Assembly (NCBI GenBank): GCA_001687465.1
Contig: LVLI01000172.1
Coordinates: 186,001 to 250,000, forward strand
Origin: Halocafeteria seosinensis
Lineage: Eukaryota
Length of the DNA stretch: 64,000 nucleotides
Direction of reading: 5' to 3'
Shown here: one piece after another, positions 38,101 to 50,473 of the stretch
Layout of the letters: each line of letters begins with the position of its first letter
Position numbering within the stretch: the stretch's first letter is position 1
The notes under the pieces: generated by a model
The model's database searches: none
Told to the model about the DNA's origin: nothing
Seen by the model: only the letters and a program-made list of their open reading frames with translations
Position numbers and translations under genes: made by a program

Positions 38101-41100
38101 TTTGCGGATGGTTCAGTCTCCTTATATGTGAATGGGCGATGTGAGAGAGTTGCGCGACCACATATCCGTGTACCTAGTATTATTTTGCTGCCGAATTCGT
38201 CAATTGGAAGCACGACCCATAGTTTTTGTGGCGAGTTGCAAGAAGTTAGATTGTGGCAGCATGCTCGTTCCCCCTTGGAATTGTTGCGGGACATCAACCG
38301 GCAACTCTCAGTGGATTCCTTTATGCCGTCACTCCTCGGATATTGGACGTTCAACGAAGGCAAGGGGAAACATGTTAGAGATTATACGGGCCGTTATGAC
38401 AAGTGTATAGTGAAGAATGCTAAGTGGGTGACAACAACAGATTCTCCTACTGATTTAGGCGTCAATAACGCCGATGGTGTGTCTTCGGCACTGGAAGGCT
38501 ATTCCACGGCCTCCGATTGCACATGCCCTGAAGGAAATGTCTCGATACAATCAAAGGAAACAGAACCAAGTGGTTCTAGCGTTTGTCCTGATCCTGGATT
38601 GTGGAACCAATATGTTGGCCGCATTTCATGTATGGGCCAGAAGTCTCTAAAAGCTAGCTGGCGGAACGACGTTCAGTACGCCTTTCATTTAAGTTTTGAC
38701 AAGTTTGAAGAAGATGATGAAGCTGCGAAAGGGGCAAGGCTTTTCCACGCGTTGACAGATTCGGCTAGTGTTGAAGGCGCCTACGCGTATTTTGTTCATG
38801 GCACCGTGGAGCTTCCCGACTTCTTGGCGACAGTACCAGTTATAGGTAAAGTCAGCACCGAGAAGCCTTGGGATACACGTACTCCTGTGAGTAAAGCTAG
38901 TCTTGAGTTCGTTTCACGTAGCATAAAGACGGGTACTCCAGAACTGCTTTCTTGGATCTCGGGTGCTAGATTTGTCGGGAGGATTAACGGTTCTATTGTC
39001 GAGGGGGAGTGGTATAACCAAGTATCTTCGGACCACATAGCTGTTGCTCGTCCTGGTGACATGTGGTTCCACCATTTCCTCCATTCGGAACAGTGCAAGA
39101 TAAGTTCTGATGGTAGTGAAGTATTGCATGTTGGCGAAGGGGATGGGTGGGGCCTTTGTGTAATCCAAAGTGTCGCTCCTCATAGCTACCTGGCGGGGCA
39201 ACTGGTTTCAATGGAAAGTGTTGTACCTTCGTGGCCAAACCGAATGGAAGATAACGAAGCGGCTTTGGCATGGAGTGACGTATCTCAAGGCGGGTTTAGT
39301 AGCGGTGTGTGGCTTTGGGAGGTTGAAGTCTCCCAGGTGAATAATCCTGTTAGTGTTGGAATCACTCGTCCTAACGTACAATTTAGTGAATTTCTTGGAG
39401 AGACAGGCGAATCATGGGGTTGGCAACACAATGGAGAGCTGTGGCATCGAGGTCAAAATAAACGGTATGGAACGCCGTGGAACGAGGGCGACATTATAGG
39501 GGTGCTTTTGGATTTAAATAATGGGACCTTGCAATTCTTGAAAAATGGAGAATCTGCGGGCGTTGCGTTCAGCGGTATAATGAACGAAGCTGGTGCTAAC
39601 GAGTTTATACCTGCTGTCGGTCTTTGCGGTTCGAACACGAAAGTTCGTTTACGGGGATTGCAGCACGGCAAGAAGGATATCTCCTATGCTATACCGGAAG
39701 CTAGTGAGTCATCCGAGACGACTGATAGGAACGACAACTACTTCTATTCTGGGACGAGTAAGATGGTAAAATTCTCTGGCAATTTCCATTTTGGGCAGCA
39801 GCATGGATTCGGGCAGCTTATCAGAGATGGGGAGTCATTGGAAGGAAAATGGTACCACGGGAAAATGCACGGTCCGTTTAAGGTGAAATCGCTGTCAGCA
39901 GAAGGTATCCCAACGTATGTCACGTATACTGACGACAAGAAGAGCGACGTCACTGATGAACAGCACTATACTCGGGAAGTAGCTCACTGGCAGCAAATGC
40001 TGGAGCAGTTTGCAGATCATCAAAGAATTACTAGACTAGCCGGAAAGTTTGAAGCAGATAGGTCGCAGTTCTTTGTCTGGCAGCCCACCCAGTGTTCCCG
40101 CGGACTTCGGTTATCGGACGAGCTTAACACAGTGCGGACATCGCGGCGACCTGACTCTGGAGGGCTAGTGATTGGCAGTCGTGGGTTCTCTCAAGGTATC
40201 CATTACTGGGAGGTTTTCCTCGAAAGTCGTGATTTTGAGGCCCACACTAATTTAATGATGAACAATGGTGCCGCTATGATCTTTGTTGGCGTTTCAGAAC
40301 GTAGAGAAAGCGACTACAACCGTTGGCAAGGTTACGGCTTCATGAACTACATGGCGGTGTCTTCACCGAACATTGGCGGAGAGCGACTTTACGGTCAACA
40401 CATGCTACCTAACGATCGGATAGGAGTTCTTCTTAACATGGATGAAGGCAGCCTGACCTTTATGCGCGAAGGTCAGGCATTTGGTCAATATAAATTTGAC
40501 GACTACGGCAACGCTTTCAAATATGTTCGCTCAGGTGCTCGAGGTGGTCCAACCTCTCGGGTGCTGTACCCGTGCCTCGGCCTGCGGTTTCCCGCTGATC
40601 CCGTAACTATCACCCGCACGAAGTGGCTATCGTTGCCGGGGGAATCTGCCCAGAAGGCTCTTTCTTCTGTACTTGAGGCTGCAACGTTGTTGCAACGATG
40701 GGATCGACCAATAAAACGCAGCATTCAGCTTCCCCATGACGTTCAACGGGAAGCGTTTCAGCGGTTTCAACGAATGGAAGAAGGTAACTTAGTTGAGGCT
40801 CGGACGCGAATAGGCGAGTCGATATTATTAAACCAATCTAAGGCTGCGTTTGACCGCGTTATCGAGGACCAGGGATTGCAAGTTCCTGTGTATGCTGATG
40901 GTAAAGTGTACTTTCAGGAAAAAGAAGTAACTGTTCTGGGCGTGTTTCGGGAACGCATCTGGTACTATAAAGACAGCGAGGGTGCCTGGTTTTGGTCGTA
41001 CAAAGAATTAGACGAGGCCGTCTTCAATAATGAAGCGAATGTTATTGATAACGGAAATCCAGAGAATGAAAATATGCAGGAAAGCCCTTCGTCTGTCTCT

Positions 41101-42870
41101 AGCTTTTCTCAATTCTACGCATGGATAATGGATCCGCTGTGGTCAGTTGAGATGGATGAGCGCCTGGTCCAGGTCGTCAACCATCAATGTGACGATGCTG
41201 GCACCGAGCCGGAGAATTTGAAATTGCAATGCGTATCTTCTTCGATAAAAGGCTATGATTGGTTTAAGAAGCCAGAGAATTTACCCTTGATGCGGGCGAG
41301 GTACGCTGTACTACTGTCGCTGAACAAAAGACTCGGGTCTTTGTTCCCTATGGTGGACATGACAATAAGTCGTTCACGATTAGCAACGTCTAACCCGAAA
41401 CGGCTGCAAATTCCGTCCGCCATGGGGCGTCGTCTCGCTAGGTTACGAGGACTGGCCTTTTCTAGGACAAAGAATCAATTCCTTAGAAACGTGCTGGAAG
41501 CAACGGTCACGTATACGGAACCAGCTTCTGAGAACTTTTCGCGCCCAAGTGGCATTCCGGAGATTAACATCAATATGGTCCGAGCGTCGAGGCCAAAACT
41601 GGAGTCGCAGAGTGATCCTCTCTATCGCTTCAGGACTTCGGTGTTTGGTCAGTTATATGAGAAGACCGTTGACTGGAATGCGGCGTTCTTCAGACGCGAT
41701 TATGCTTACGAGCAGGATGAAGGACAGCAGCGTAACTTCTTTGTCAGATTGGAAGGGGAAGGCGTGGATGACAATGGTGGGCCCTACCGAGCAGTCATTG
41801 AGAAGAGTATTGCTGATGAAGCGGCAGGTCCCCTCAATCTCCTGGTTCCTTGTCCAAACAGTCAAGCTGGAATTGGCTCCAATCAGGATGCTTTGATGCC
41901 CAATCCCATACTCGAAGAGGACAACAGTTCGAACACACGGGACTCCGAAAGGTCGCGATTCGGTCTTTTTGGAGAGCCACTGAAGAATCCCAATTCCACT
42001 GTTGGGAAGCTGAAGCAATATGAGTTTTTGGGCCTTTTAGTAGGATCGTGTGTTCGGCACGGTATCTTGCCCAATGTCACGCTTCCGAAGCTCATGTGGA
42101 GGCCTCTTGTAGGTCTCAGTATTCGTCATGAGGACATATTTGAAGTCAACGAAACGGTGTATCGGAGTGTGACGGCAATGAGGTCGCTGCAACCGGATGG
42201 GGAAATGAACGAATATGCAGTGGAGGAACTGAGGCGATACGCTTCCGAATTCGCTCAACAAGTGTCTTCACCGCCCTCTCAAAGACTCCTTCGCCGATCG
42301 CGGTTTCTTACATTCGATGAATTGGACGATTTTATATCGACTGGTATGGAGCTTTATACACATGCTGTAGAGCAACAGTTGACGGCTTTCCTTCAAGGTC
42401 TTGGTGGCGTCATTCCTCACGAAATATTACCCTTGTTCACAGAGAAAGAAGTCGAAACTCTTATCTGTGGAGAACCACACATAGACTGGAAGCTGTTGAA
42501 GCGAGTTGCAGAGTACAAGCATTGCGCTGGGGAGAGTACGACTATCAAGTTATTCTGGGAAATAATTTCCGAGATGGATCAAGAAGAATTGAAGAAGTTT
42601 TTGCATTTTGTTGCCGCACGAAACAGACTTCCTCCTTCCCCAGACGGCTTCCCGATGCCCTTCCGGATTGAAATGATGGACGAAGAAGCTGCCACAAATG
42701 GTTTACTGCCCAAGTCGGCAACCTGCTTCTTTAGGCTATCACTTCCTCCGTACCAGGATAAACAGACTCTGCGGCAAAAAATCCGCTATGCCATGCAAAA
42801 TGCTACCACGATGGATGCCGACTGGCCAGTGCGAACTGAGAATATCATGGAAGGGTTTGATCAGGAGTAA
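23114..42870 (+). CDS. Giant HECT E3 ubiquitin ligase (~6,560 aa) with several SPRY domains, two LamG/ConA-like domains, a UBA and MORN-like repeats; single intron 24723-24790
   Basis: The phase-1 intron gtgagt...tgcag joins ORFs 22589-24778 and 24775-42870. SPRY motifs: GKRYFEM..MQIGW, GVWLWEVEV..GDIIGVLLDL, GIHYWEV. LamG: WTHLAVSF..FYVNG. UBA: LTAMGF...NDLNRAVELL. HECT: GEGVDDNGGPYR...LPKSATCFFRLSLPPY with the catalytic Cys. Confidence 0.93.
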
Positions 42871-43241
42871 AACTTCATATTGGTCAGGAAGTCACATGCG
42901 TACGATGTGACACATAGAGTTGTAGAGTTACTGTATCAAACAATATTGTACTCATTCTACCACAACGTCTAGGATATAGCGTGTACCTTTCAACGTCCTG
43001 CTGAGGACCCGTACAGTACTGCGTAAACGTTGTTGCTCTCGCGGTTGAAGTTCTCACACCATCCATCAGCCTGGCATCAGGGCCAGATGGGGTTGGGCCG
43101 GTTTGGTTGCGGGCTGCAGATCATGAATGTGAGTGACTCGGATTGTCTGACTGCGTGGACGACAGCCAACCATCGGTAGCGTAGCGCAGCGTGTATTTGC
43201 CTTTCGTGGAAACTAGTGATAGAACGTTTTCGAGCAGGACA

Positions 43242-45876
43242 ATGAATGTGACAGACATTCCTGTTCTTCGTACCTTTCTTCCCATGAGCTGGAATGAGGT
43301 CCAAGTGCCCCTGCTCATGGAGGGGCCCCATGGGGAGACGTATACGCAACTTGCGGCGCTCATGACACTCGCCTGTGGGCTCTATCTTGTCTGGCTCGTG
43401 GCGGATTGGTACATTCGCAACTACGTGTATGACGGTAAGTACCGCCCATCGACGGCAACATTCAAACAACAAAAGCGTAGTAGAGGGACAAGAAAAAGGA
43501 AAGAAAAGAAAAGAAAAAAAATTAAAAATTGCTGGATATTTTTTATTGTCTGGATTCCACCGGTTCGTGTGTGGTGATTTAATTCTGCGTGCGGCGGGCT
43601 GGTGGTGGAAGGAAAGATCCGTTGAGAAGTTCTGACGTGGAAACTATCTTCTCCTTGTACTGTTGTACCCCATACCTGGTATATTCTGTGTGTTATATAC
43701 TGGTTCTGCAGGGTGGATTGGATTTCTGCTGAAATTCCGATGGATCGCTGTGCTGTTTGTGGTGTTGCCTTTGTCGCGAATCATGGGTCTCATCAGCACT
43801 CTGCGGCAATGGTACTTCGACAAGTTTCTGTCAGCACCAGAAGAACATGACAAACGCGTTCGCGACATTCAAGCAAGAGTTAAGCGGTGGATTGAACGAG
43901 GTCGTCCGGGAGGCCGTCTTTGTACCGCTCGGCCCCAGTGGCAGCGAGTGCAGATGAGGGTTGGTAAGTAGTGATCAGAAAATTGGAACAAGGAACGCCA
44001 CGTCGTGTTCATTGTTTCTTTTACTTCGGCGATACATCAGGAACGTACCAAACCAAGGAAAACGCCATACCGATGAATATGTACGACATCCTGGAAATCA
44101 ACACGAAGAAGGAGAGGCCGTATGTTCGCGTTGGTAAGTTGAGCTTTATGCGCCATGCCAGCCCTTGTTTCTAATGGATCCCTGAGAAAACAATACGTGT
44201 ATAACCTTTTCCTGATTACTCAGAGCCTGGTGTCAACATGGGACAGCTAAGCAAAGCGCTGTTGAAACACGGATACACTCTTCCAATAACCCCCGAGTTG
44301 GAAGAACTCACTGTGGGTGGATTGATCAATGGCTACGTACGTTGCACAAAATATAGCTGTGTCGAAAAGGCAGCATCATGGGTTGCCAATTATCCGTGCA
44401 GGGGTTAGAGTCGTCTGCACATAAATATGGCCTCTTTGCGGACACAGTGCAAGCTTATGAAATTCTAGTTGCAAATGGCGATGTGCTCCGCGCTACTCCT
44501 GAGCAGAACAAAGATCTCTTCTACGCTATTCCATGGAGTTATGGCGCCCACGGATTCATGATGGCTGTCGAATTGGATATTATTCCCTGCCATCCATATG
44601 TCCGCCAACAATATGTAACTCTCCACGGAAGAGACGAAATCATCAAGCATTACAAAAAGGTACGGCCAACATTGACGACATTTTGCTTTGTGCTGGAAGG
44701 TCAAGTACCTCACCCCCGGGTACAACTGTTGCTTTATTCAGCACATTATGGCAGAAGATCCGCATGAATTTGTGGAGGTAATTTTTTATTCACCGGAATT
44801 TGCGGTCCTATTTCTTGGGGATTATGCTCGTATGTATTATATCTTTACGGAGTCGATCTCGCCCATGTGGATATCATTGGTAAGGTCGTTTCCTTCTTGA
44901 CCGCAGCGTCATCTGAAGCTGAGAGCCCCGAAAACAAGAACCGCATCAACGAGGGTATGTATTGTAGGAACCGACAAAAATTAAGATGATAAGCTGTTAC
45001 GTCTCAATGATATTGGAGGGCCTGCTTGCAGTTGACAAATGGTATAAGAAGTGGTATTATGCTCATGCTCTAGACATCGTCAAAGAGCAAAACGCGACCG
45101 TGGATGACCCTGTGGTCGAATACATTCCAACACGGCAATTCTATCATCGGTAGGTGCACATGCGATTCCAACCCTTTTCCCGCCTGTTGCTGAAACGACG
45201 AGTTGGATTGCAGACACACGAAATCCATATTCTGGGAGGGAGAACTCATCTTACCTTTCGGTAACCATCCACTGTTCCGGTATGGCTCACAAACCCTGAC
45301 TACTAATGGACTACGATTCTTACTTGTCAATTGTATCCACAACCATGCAGATACACCCTTGGCTGGTTGATGCCGTTGAACGTTGGTATCCTGAAATTAA
45401 CTCAGGGGGAAAAGCTGAAGGAATACTATTACACTCGCCACGTCTGCCAGGATGCCCTCGTTCATGTTGACAAATTGAAGGAAGGGGTAGAATTTTTCCA
45501 CAAGAACTTCGAGTGCTATCCGTTATGGTCCGTAGGCCACCGCACCTACAAGACCGAGCCGCAAGGGATGATGAAACCCTTGGAAAAGGACCGGAAGCTT
45601 AAGCCAGGCGAGTACGAGATGTGGGTCGATATCGGCGCTTGGTATGTTCCGGGACCGGTATGGCGGCACGAACCATATGACGGAACTGCGCGTCGCAAAG
45701 CCTTTGAGGAATGGTGTATCAAGGAAAACGGCTACCAGTGTCTCTACGCTGTGACAGAGATGACTCGAGAGCAGTGGCGAACCATGTTCAACATGGACAT
45801 CTACGATCACGCACGAGAGAAATATAAGTCAAAGGATGTCTTTATGGACACCTATGATAAAATCAGCAGAAAATAG
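43242..45876 (+). CDS. DHCR24: Delta(24)-sterol reductase (DHCR24/DWF1), FAD-linked; about 10 exons
   Basis: [98 protein letters not shown] and YDKIS, all joined by canonical introns. Confidence 0.95.
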
Positions 45877-45902
45877 AATGTCTTTCAGCTATCCCCTGCT
45901 TT

Positions 45903-47018
45903 TCACACGTCGTTTGGCAAGTTTTCAGAAACATCTGGCAGCTCGTCTTGCGGATCTGCATTGGTTCACATCAACAATGCAATACACTTGATTTGTGCCT
46001 TCATGCACAGAAAAGACAGTAAACAGCCCACCTTTGGGTTCGATATCTTCTCCGTACTGTAGCGCATGATCCACGTAGGCAAGGACATTCCCCACGCTTT
46101 CTTCGTCCGTAATATCTAAGGGCGTAAAGACAACTAGATTGTACTCATCAAGCTGCAGTGTCGACGGCAATGGAGAAAGGGTAGTAAAAAAGAGGGGACC
46201 AGGTTTGAACGTTGTAATAATCCTCTAGATACGTACAATCCGAGCGACAGCTTCATTCAGCCGCCTAAACTTTGGCGGTGTTGCTGCTGATAGCTCTCTG
46301 AGCATCAATTCTCCCGAGGGGGACAAATACTCTTCAATTTTCGCCTTATCCACCAAGTCACATTTGGTCAACACCTGCGACTCCATACATCCTTTTCATG
46401 GTGAATAACACTCCTAGGGTAGGATATTTTGTTCGTCTGCTTCTTACATTAACATGGGATAATTCCAAGTGCATCATCGCCGCCAACGCCGACAAGTTGC
46501 CCGCCATTAATTTGGCGGCATCCGATGCAAAGAACGAGTCTATGGTGTACACTCCACAGCAATAGAAGCCCGTATCGGACAAATGCTTGGCCACTTCGGG
46601 CATAACAGGGACATGACTGTATAGCTCAATTTGGCCCGGACAATCCAGGAGGAGGTAGTCATCCTCTTGGTACGTGTCTAAATGGTCCTGCAGCCAGTCC
46701 ATATTCTCCAACAAGTACTCCATACAAAAGATGAGGGCCCCATTGGGCCCGTATCCGAGCTCCTCCATCACATCGTCGACAGTGATGAGATTACGGATAT
46801 CAGCCGACACCTGGTAGTGGAACTCTTCCGCCGCCGGATCGAGGTTTATCACGCGTATACTGCGTCCACTGTTGGCGGCATGCTCCTGAATGCACCGGCA
46901 ATACGTGCTCTGCATACAGACTTGTTTGTGTCATGAGATTATGCACGACAGACGTGTTATGCATGCAACATACCTTGCCAGTTCCAGCCGGCCCCATGAC
47001 GATTTGGGCGTATTTCAT
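45903..47018 (-). CDS. GPN3: GPN-loop GTPase 3; 5 exons
   Basis: MKYAQIVMGPAGTGK|STYC, VINLDPAAE, GPNGALIFCMEYL, DCPGQIELYSH, QYGEDIEPK. Confidence 0.95.
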
Positions 47019-47102
47019 GGCTATACGACTGTATTGTTGGAAATCTTTATTATATCATACATACCATATATTCTTCTTTCTTATCAGTCAATTCCTTTGA
47101 AT

Positions 47103-48045
47103 ATGGGAAAACCATTATATTTGCTATTTAAGCCGCCGGGAGTCTCTTCCACTTCAGCTGCCCCGTCATCATCGTCCTCATCGGCCACGGACAAGATACC
47201 ACAAGAGAAAAACTCAGGACAAGAATCGAAGTGCCACTACGCGCTGTTTCAAGTTGTGGGACAGGAACCGCAAAAATTCAAAATCAGGAAAGCCAAAAAG
47301 TCCTTTGAGGAATTCAGGAAACTTGTCACCATGAAAGCGCTACTCGAGGGCACCGGCCCGGCCACCGGGGAGCATGAAAGTGATACATTTGAAGCATTTA
47401 AGACAGGTAAGCCTCGGTAAACTGCATAATGACTTGCGTTATGATGTGTACTCTTGTGCTTGTATTGGAGCAGGGAAACTATCTGAAGCACTAAAACAAT
47501 TCCTGAAAGACAATTTACCGCGTGCAGGAACGCAGCAATACTTAATAGGAGTGGTACGTATTCTTTGAACGTAGCGGAAGCAAGCAAAGCCACAAGATGA
47601 GCAAAAGACAAGAAGTTAGGTGTTTGAATGATGTCTTCCATCACAGCTTTACCAGGATACGGCAAAGGCCATCAAGGAAGAACTAGGATTGCCATGCATG
47701 AGTGGAGGGAATGTGAGTAGATTCCGGTCACACCTCTCTCATATCATATACTGCCCAACACCATTATTACAACTACAGATTGGAGAACTGATACGAGGGA
47801 TATTTCCAAACTTTTCGAAGCTACTACAAGAGTACCACTCAGGGGATAACATATCGCTTGACAACTCGCTGACTAGAAGCACCGGCAAACGTGCGCGAGC
47901 TCAGGATAGCACTTTGGACACACACGGAAAGGATAAAGCGCGATCAAAAAGTACAAAACATGGCAGCTCTTTTACAGCATCTAATAAAAGGCAGAAAAAA
48001 GGGCGAAGAGCAAAGAAAAGAAAAATGGCCACAGAAACTGCTTAA
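47103..48045 (+). CDS. NOP56-like protein with only the N-terminal (NOP5NT) region plus a basic tail, ~238 aa; introns 47407-47473, 47554-47646, 47713-47778
   Basis: Spliced translation LYLLF...HYALFQV...F.KLV.MKA...GKLSEALKQFLKDNLP...YLIGVLYQDTAKAIKEELGLPCMSGGNIGELIRGIFPNFSKLL is colinear with the NOP56 N-terminus (..LLGVGDPKIGAAIQEELGYNCQTGGVIAEILRGVRLHF). It then ends in KRQKKGRRAKKRK. Confidence 0.75.
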
Positions 48046-48082
48046 ACAGCCCCTTTAAGACAAATATATATTTCTTCCCTCC

Positions 48083-49447
48083 TCATGCCTCGGTTTCTTG
48101 CTGTCCGTGACATGCGGTTTCTTCGTCCGCTGTCCTCGAACTATCGTTTTCTTCGTCTTCAAGTCGCTGCCTCTCTTCGTCCATTAGCTTCTCCAGGCGC
48201 TTCAGATCCTTGACGCGCTCTTGAACCTCCAGTTTTATAATACCCATCTCTTCCCTCGCTTTCCTCTCATCTATTTGTTCCAGTTCTTCAATGTATTGAT
48301 TGCGCTCATTGATTTCCTGCACGAGCAAAATCGTAAAAACAGTGTCCTGACAGCTAACTGCTAAGCAAAAATCATACCCCAATAATTTTCGCATGTAATT
48401 GATCCATTTCTCGGAGTTCCTTTGATTTACCATCATCCCTTTGATAAGATACATTGGCCCGTTTATTCTTGTTTTTCTTTCCCGTGATCATTGACAGAGG
48501 TATATTGCCTGTAGAAACGCCACGAAGGACGTCAACAGCGCGCGTGACGTGATGTCCATTCAGGGAAGTAACGCACCTCGCAATGGCTGTTGCGTCAATT
48601 CCTCCGGAAGACTCTTTCCTCCCTTATATTGGTTCAAAGACTGCAGCTTCCTCTTTTCAGTCTCAGTAGCAACAGGCTTTCTCAAAGGTTCCGCGGTTCT
48701 GTATTTGGAAGCGTTACAACAAACAAAGGATGTTCAAGGAGCACAACGCGCTGAGCAACAATCATAAAACTCTTCGTACCCTTCTGCTTTTCTTCGCTGT
48801 TCCGATTCAAAGCGTTTAATGTTTTCCAGGTTCCTCCGACGAGAGTCGTTTGCTTCAATGGGAGCCTTTGGCTTACTCTGTATGGAAAAAATGAAGTAGG
48901 TAGCGAGAGTCTGAGTTACAACAGGACTAAAACTTACCTTCTTGACACCCACTTGAGGAACGTCCATATTCCGTATCTCCTCACGATTGAATGTTGCCGT
49001 CCTAGCATCCGCCTCGGGCATACCACCAGCTGGTATGAAATCAGGCCTGGGTTCGGAGGTCGTCCTAGTTTTCGGCGCAGGAACGTTCACTTGCGGTTTG
49101 TTTCCTCCGTAGATGCGCGACAGTAATCTACCCGCTTCCGTGCCTGCAAACGCCTTCCAGGCGTCAGACTTCACTTGAGGCTGCTGATGCCTTTGTTGGA
49201 GCACTTGTTGAACTTCTTGCTCCTCCAGGTCGTCAGAATCAGCTTCTTCTTGTGGGGCGTCGGCAGGGGAGAATCGCCGGCTATCTCCTCTCCATGGCCC
49301 TGTCATCCTCCCCGAATTCGACGAACCTCCAACTGCATTACTAGCCCCTTGGTATATGGGGGTGGATGTTTCGTTCCTCGACGATGGGTAAAAGGAAGCA
49401 GATCCCGTGCGACGGGATGTGGTTGAAGCCGATCCGCTTTTGCTCAT
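48083..49447 (-). CDS. UPF0193 (EVG1/C22orf23-like) protein; multi-exon
   Basis: Spliced ORFs containing ETEKRKLQ and the C-terminal EINERNQYIEELEQI...IIKLEVQERVKDLKRLE, which resembles the UPF0193 helix pair. Confidence 0.6.
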
Positions 49448-50473
49448 TCTGTCGTTTCATACGCTATAAATGTACAGCATCTAGTCTAATAAATAGAGCG
49501 AAGAAATACTTGTTTATCAATCCTTGTGTGCAGAGCGGCTCTGATACTATTAGTCTACTACAGCAGCCTCCTCCAGGAGGGACGGCAAACTCTTCTGAGC
49601 TTCACAAGTCCTTAACGGCCGCAAGAAGTTGTAGACAACTTGTGGTACAACATTCCGGAGGTTCGAACACGTGATGCTGTAGGATACGAAGCAGCATTAC
49701 ATTATGCGATCATAAACACTACAGAGCGCTATGCTTTAGGAGATGTTCAAGGTAATGAAGCAGGCCTTTGTCCCTGACACTCCTCACTAAATTCCGCATC
49801 TGAGCCAGACCAACGACACAGCAAGGGGAGTTCCTCATCGCACTTCTATTCTCTTAAAGTTCGTCTCCTTCCAATGACTATCGACACACCTTACGTCGAT
49901 CAGCATTGTCTCAACATCCCAATGCGATACTACCCCAATAAGCAGTACACCCGCACGTGGCTTTCTGCTGTTCCGATATCCCTATCCTGGGCGATGGCCT
50001 CCCGCTCATGTATTCGTCGCACCTGGCAGTCTTCTTCCCTTTCAATTGTTTGTACTCTATGATCACATTCAATTCAGGCTTATGATACCTAACATTAGTA
50101 TCTTCTTGCCTCTTTTCTTTCACGGTTTTTATTCTCCGTGTTTACTTATCTGGTATTTGGTGTTATTGTCCTTTCGTTCACTTTTTGTAGCTGCATACTT
50201 TTGCGAATCAGTCACTGAATGTAATGCTTTTGATTCCTAGCAAGTAAGGACCTAGCTCAAGTTACTAGGTAACCTGCAAGTTTCGGTGGTGTTGGTTGTA
50301 CAAGTTCACTTCGACGCCAACTTCACAAAATCGTCTCCTCCCTTAACGCCCTATATAACATGGTTTGACTGTGTTGAGTGGACGCTGTAGTACATTGCAC
50401 TATCGCGAGTCGTTTATGTAGGGTTACTGATCACTGCTGATTGCGCATTGACAGCACTGCGTTCCATCGCACT

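Noticed and set aside
25135..42261. Many short antisense and alternative-frame ORFs inside the HECT gene
   Set aside because: Expected shadow ORFs with no recognisable motifs.
49640..49675. ggttcgaa T-loop suggesting a tRNA
   Set aside because: No cloverleaf stems can be formed.
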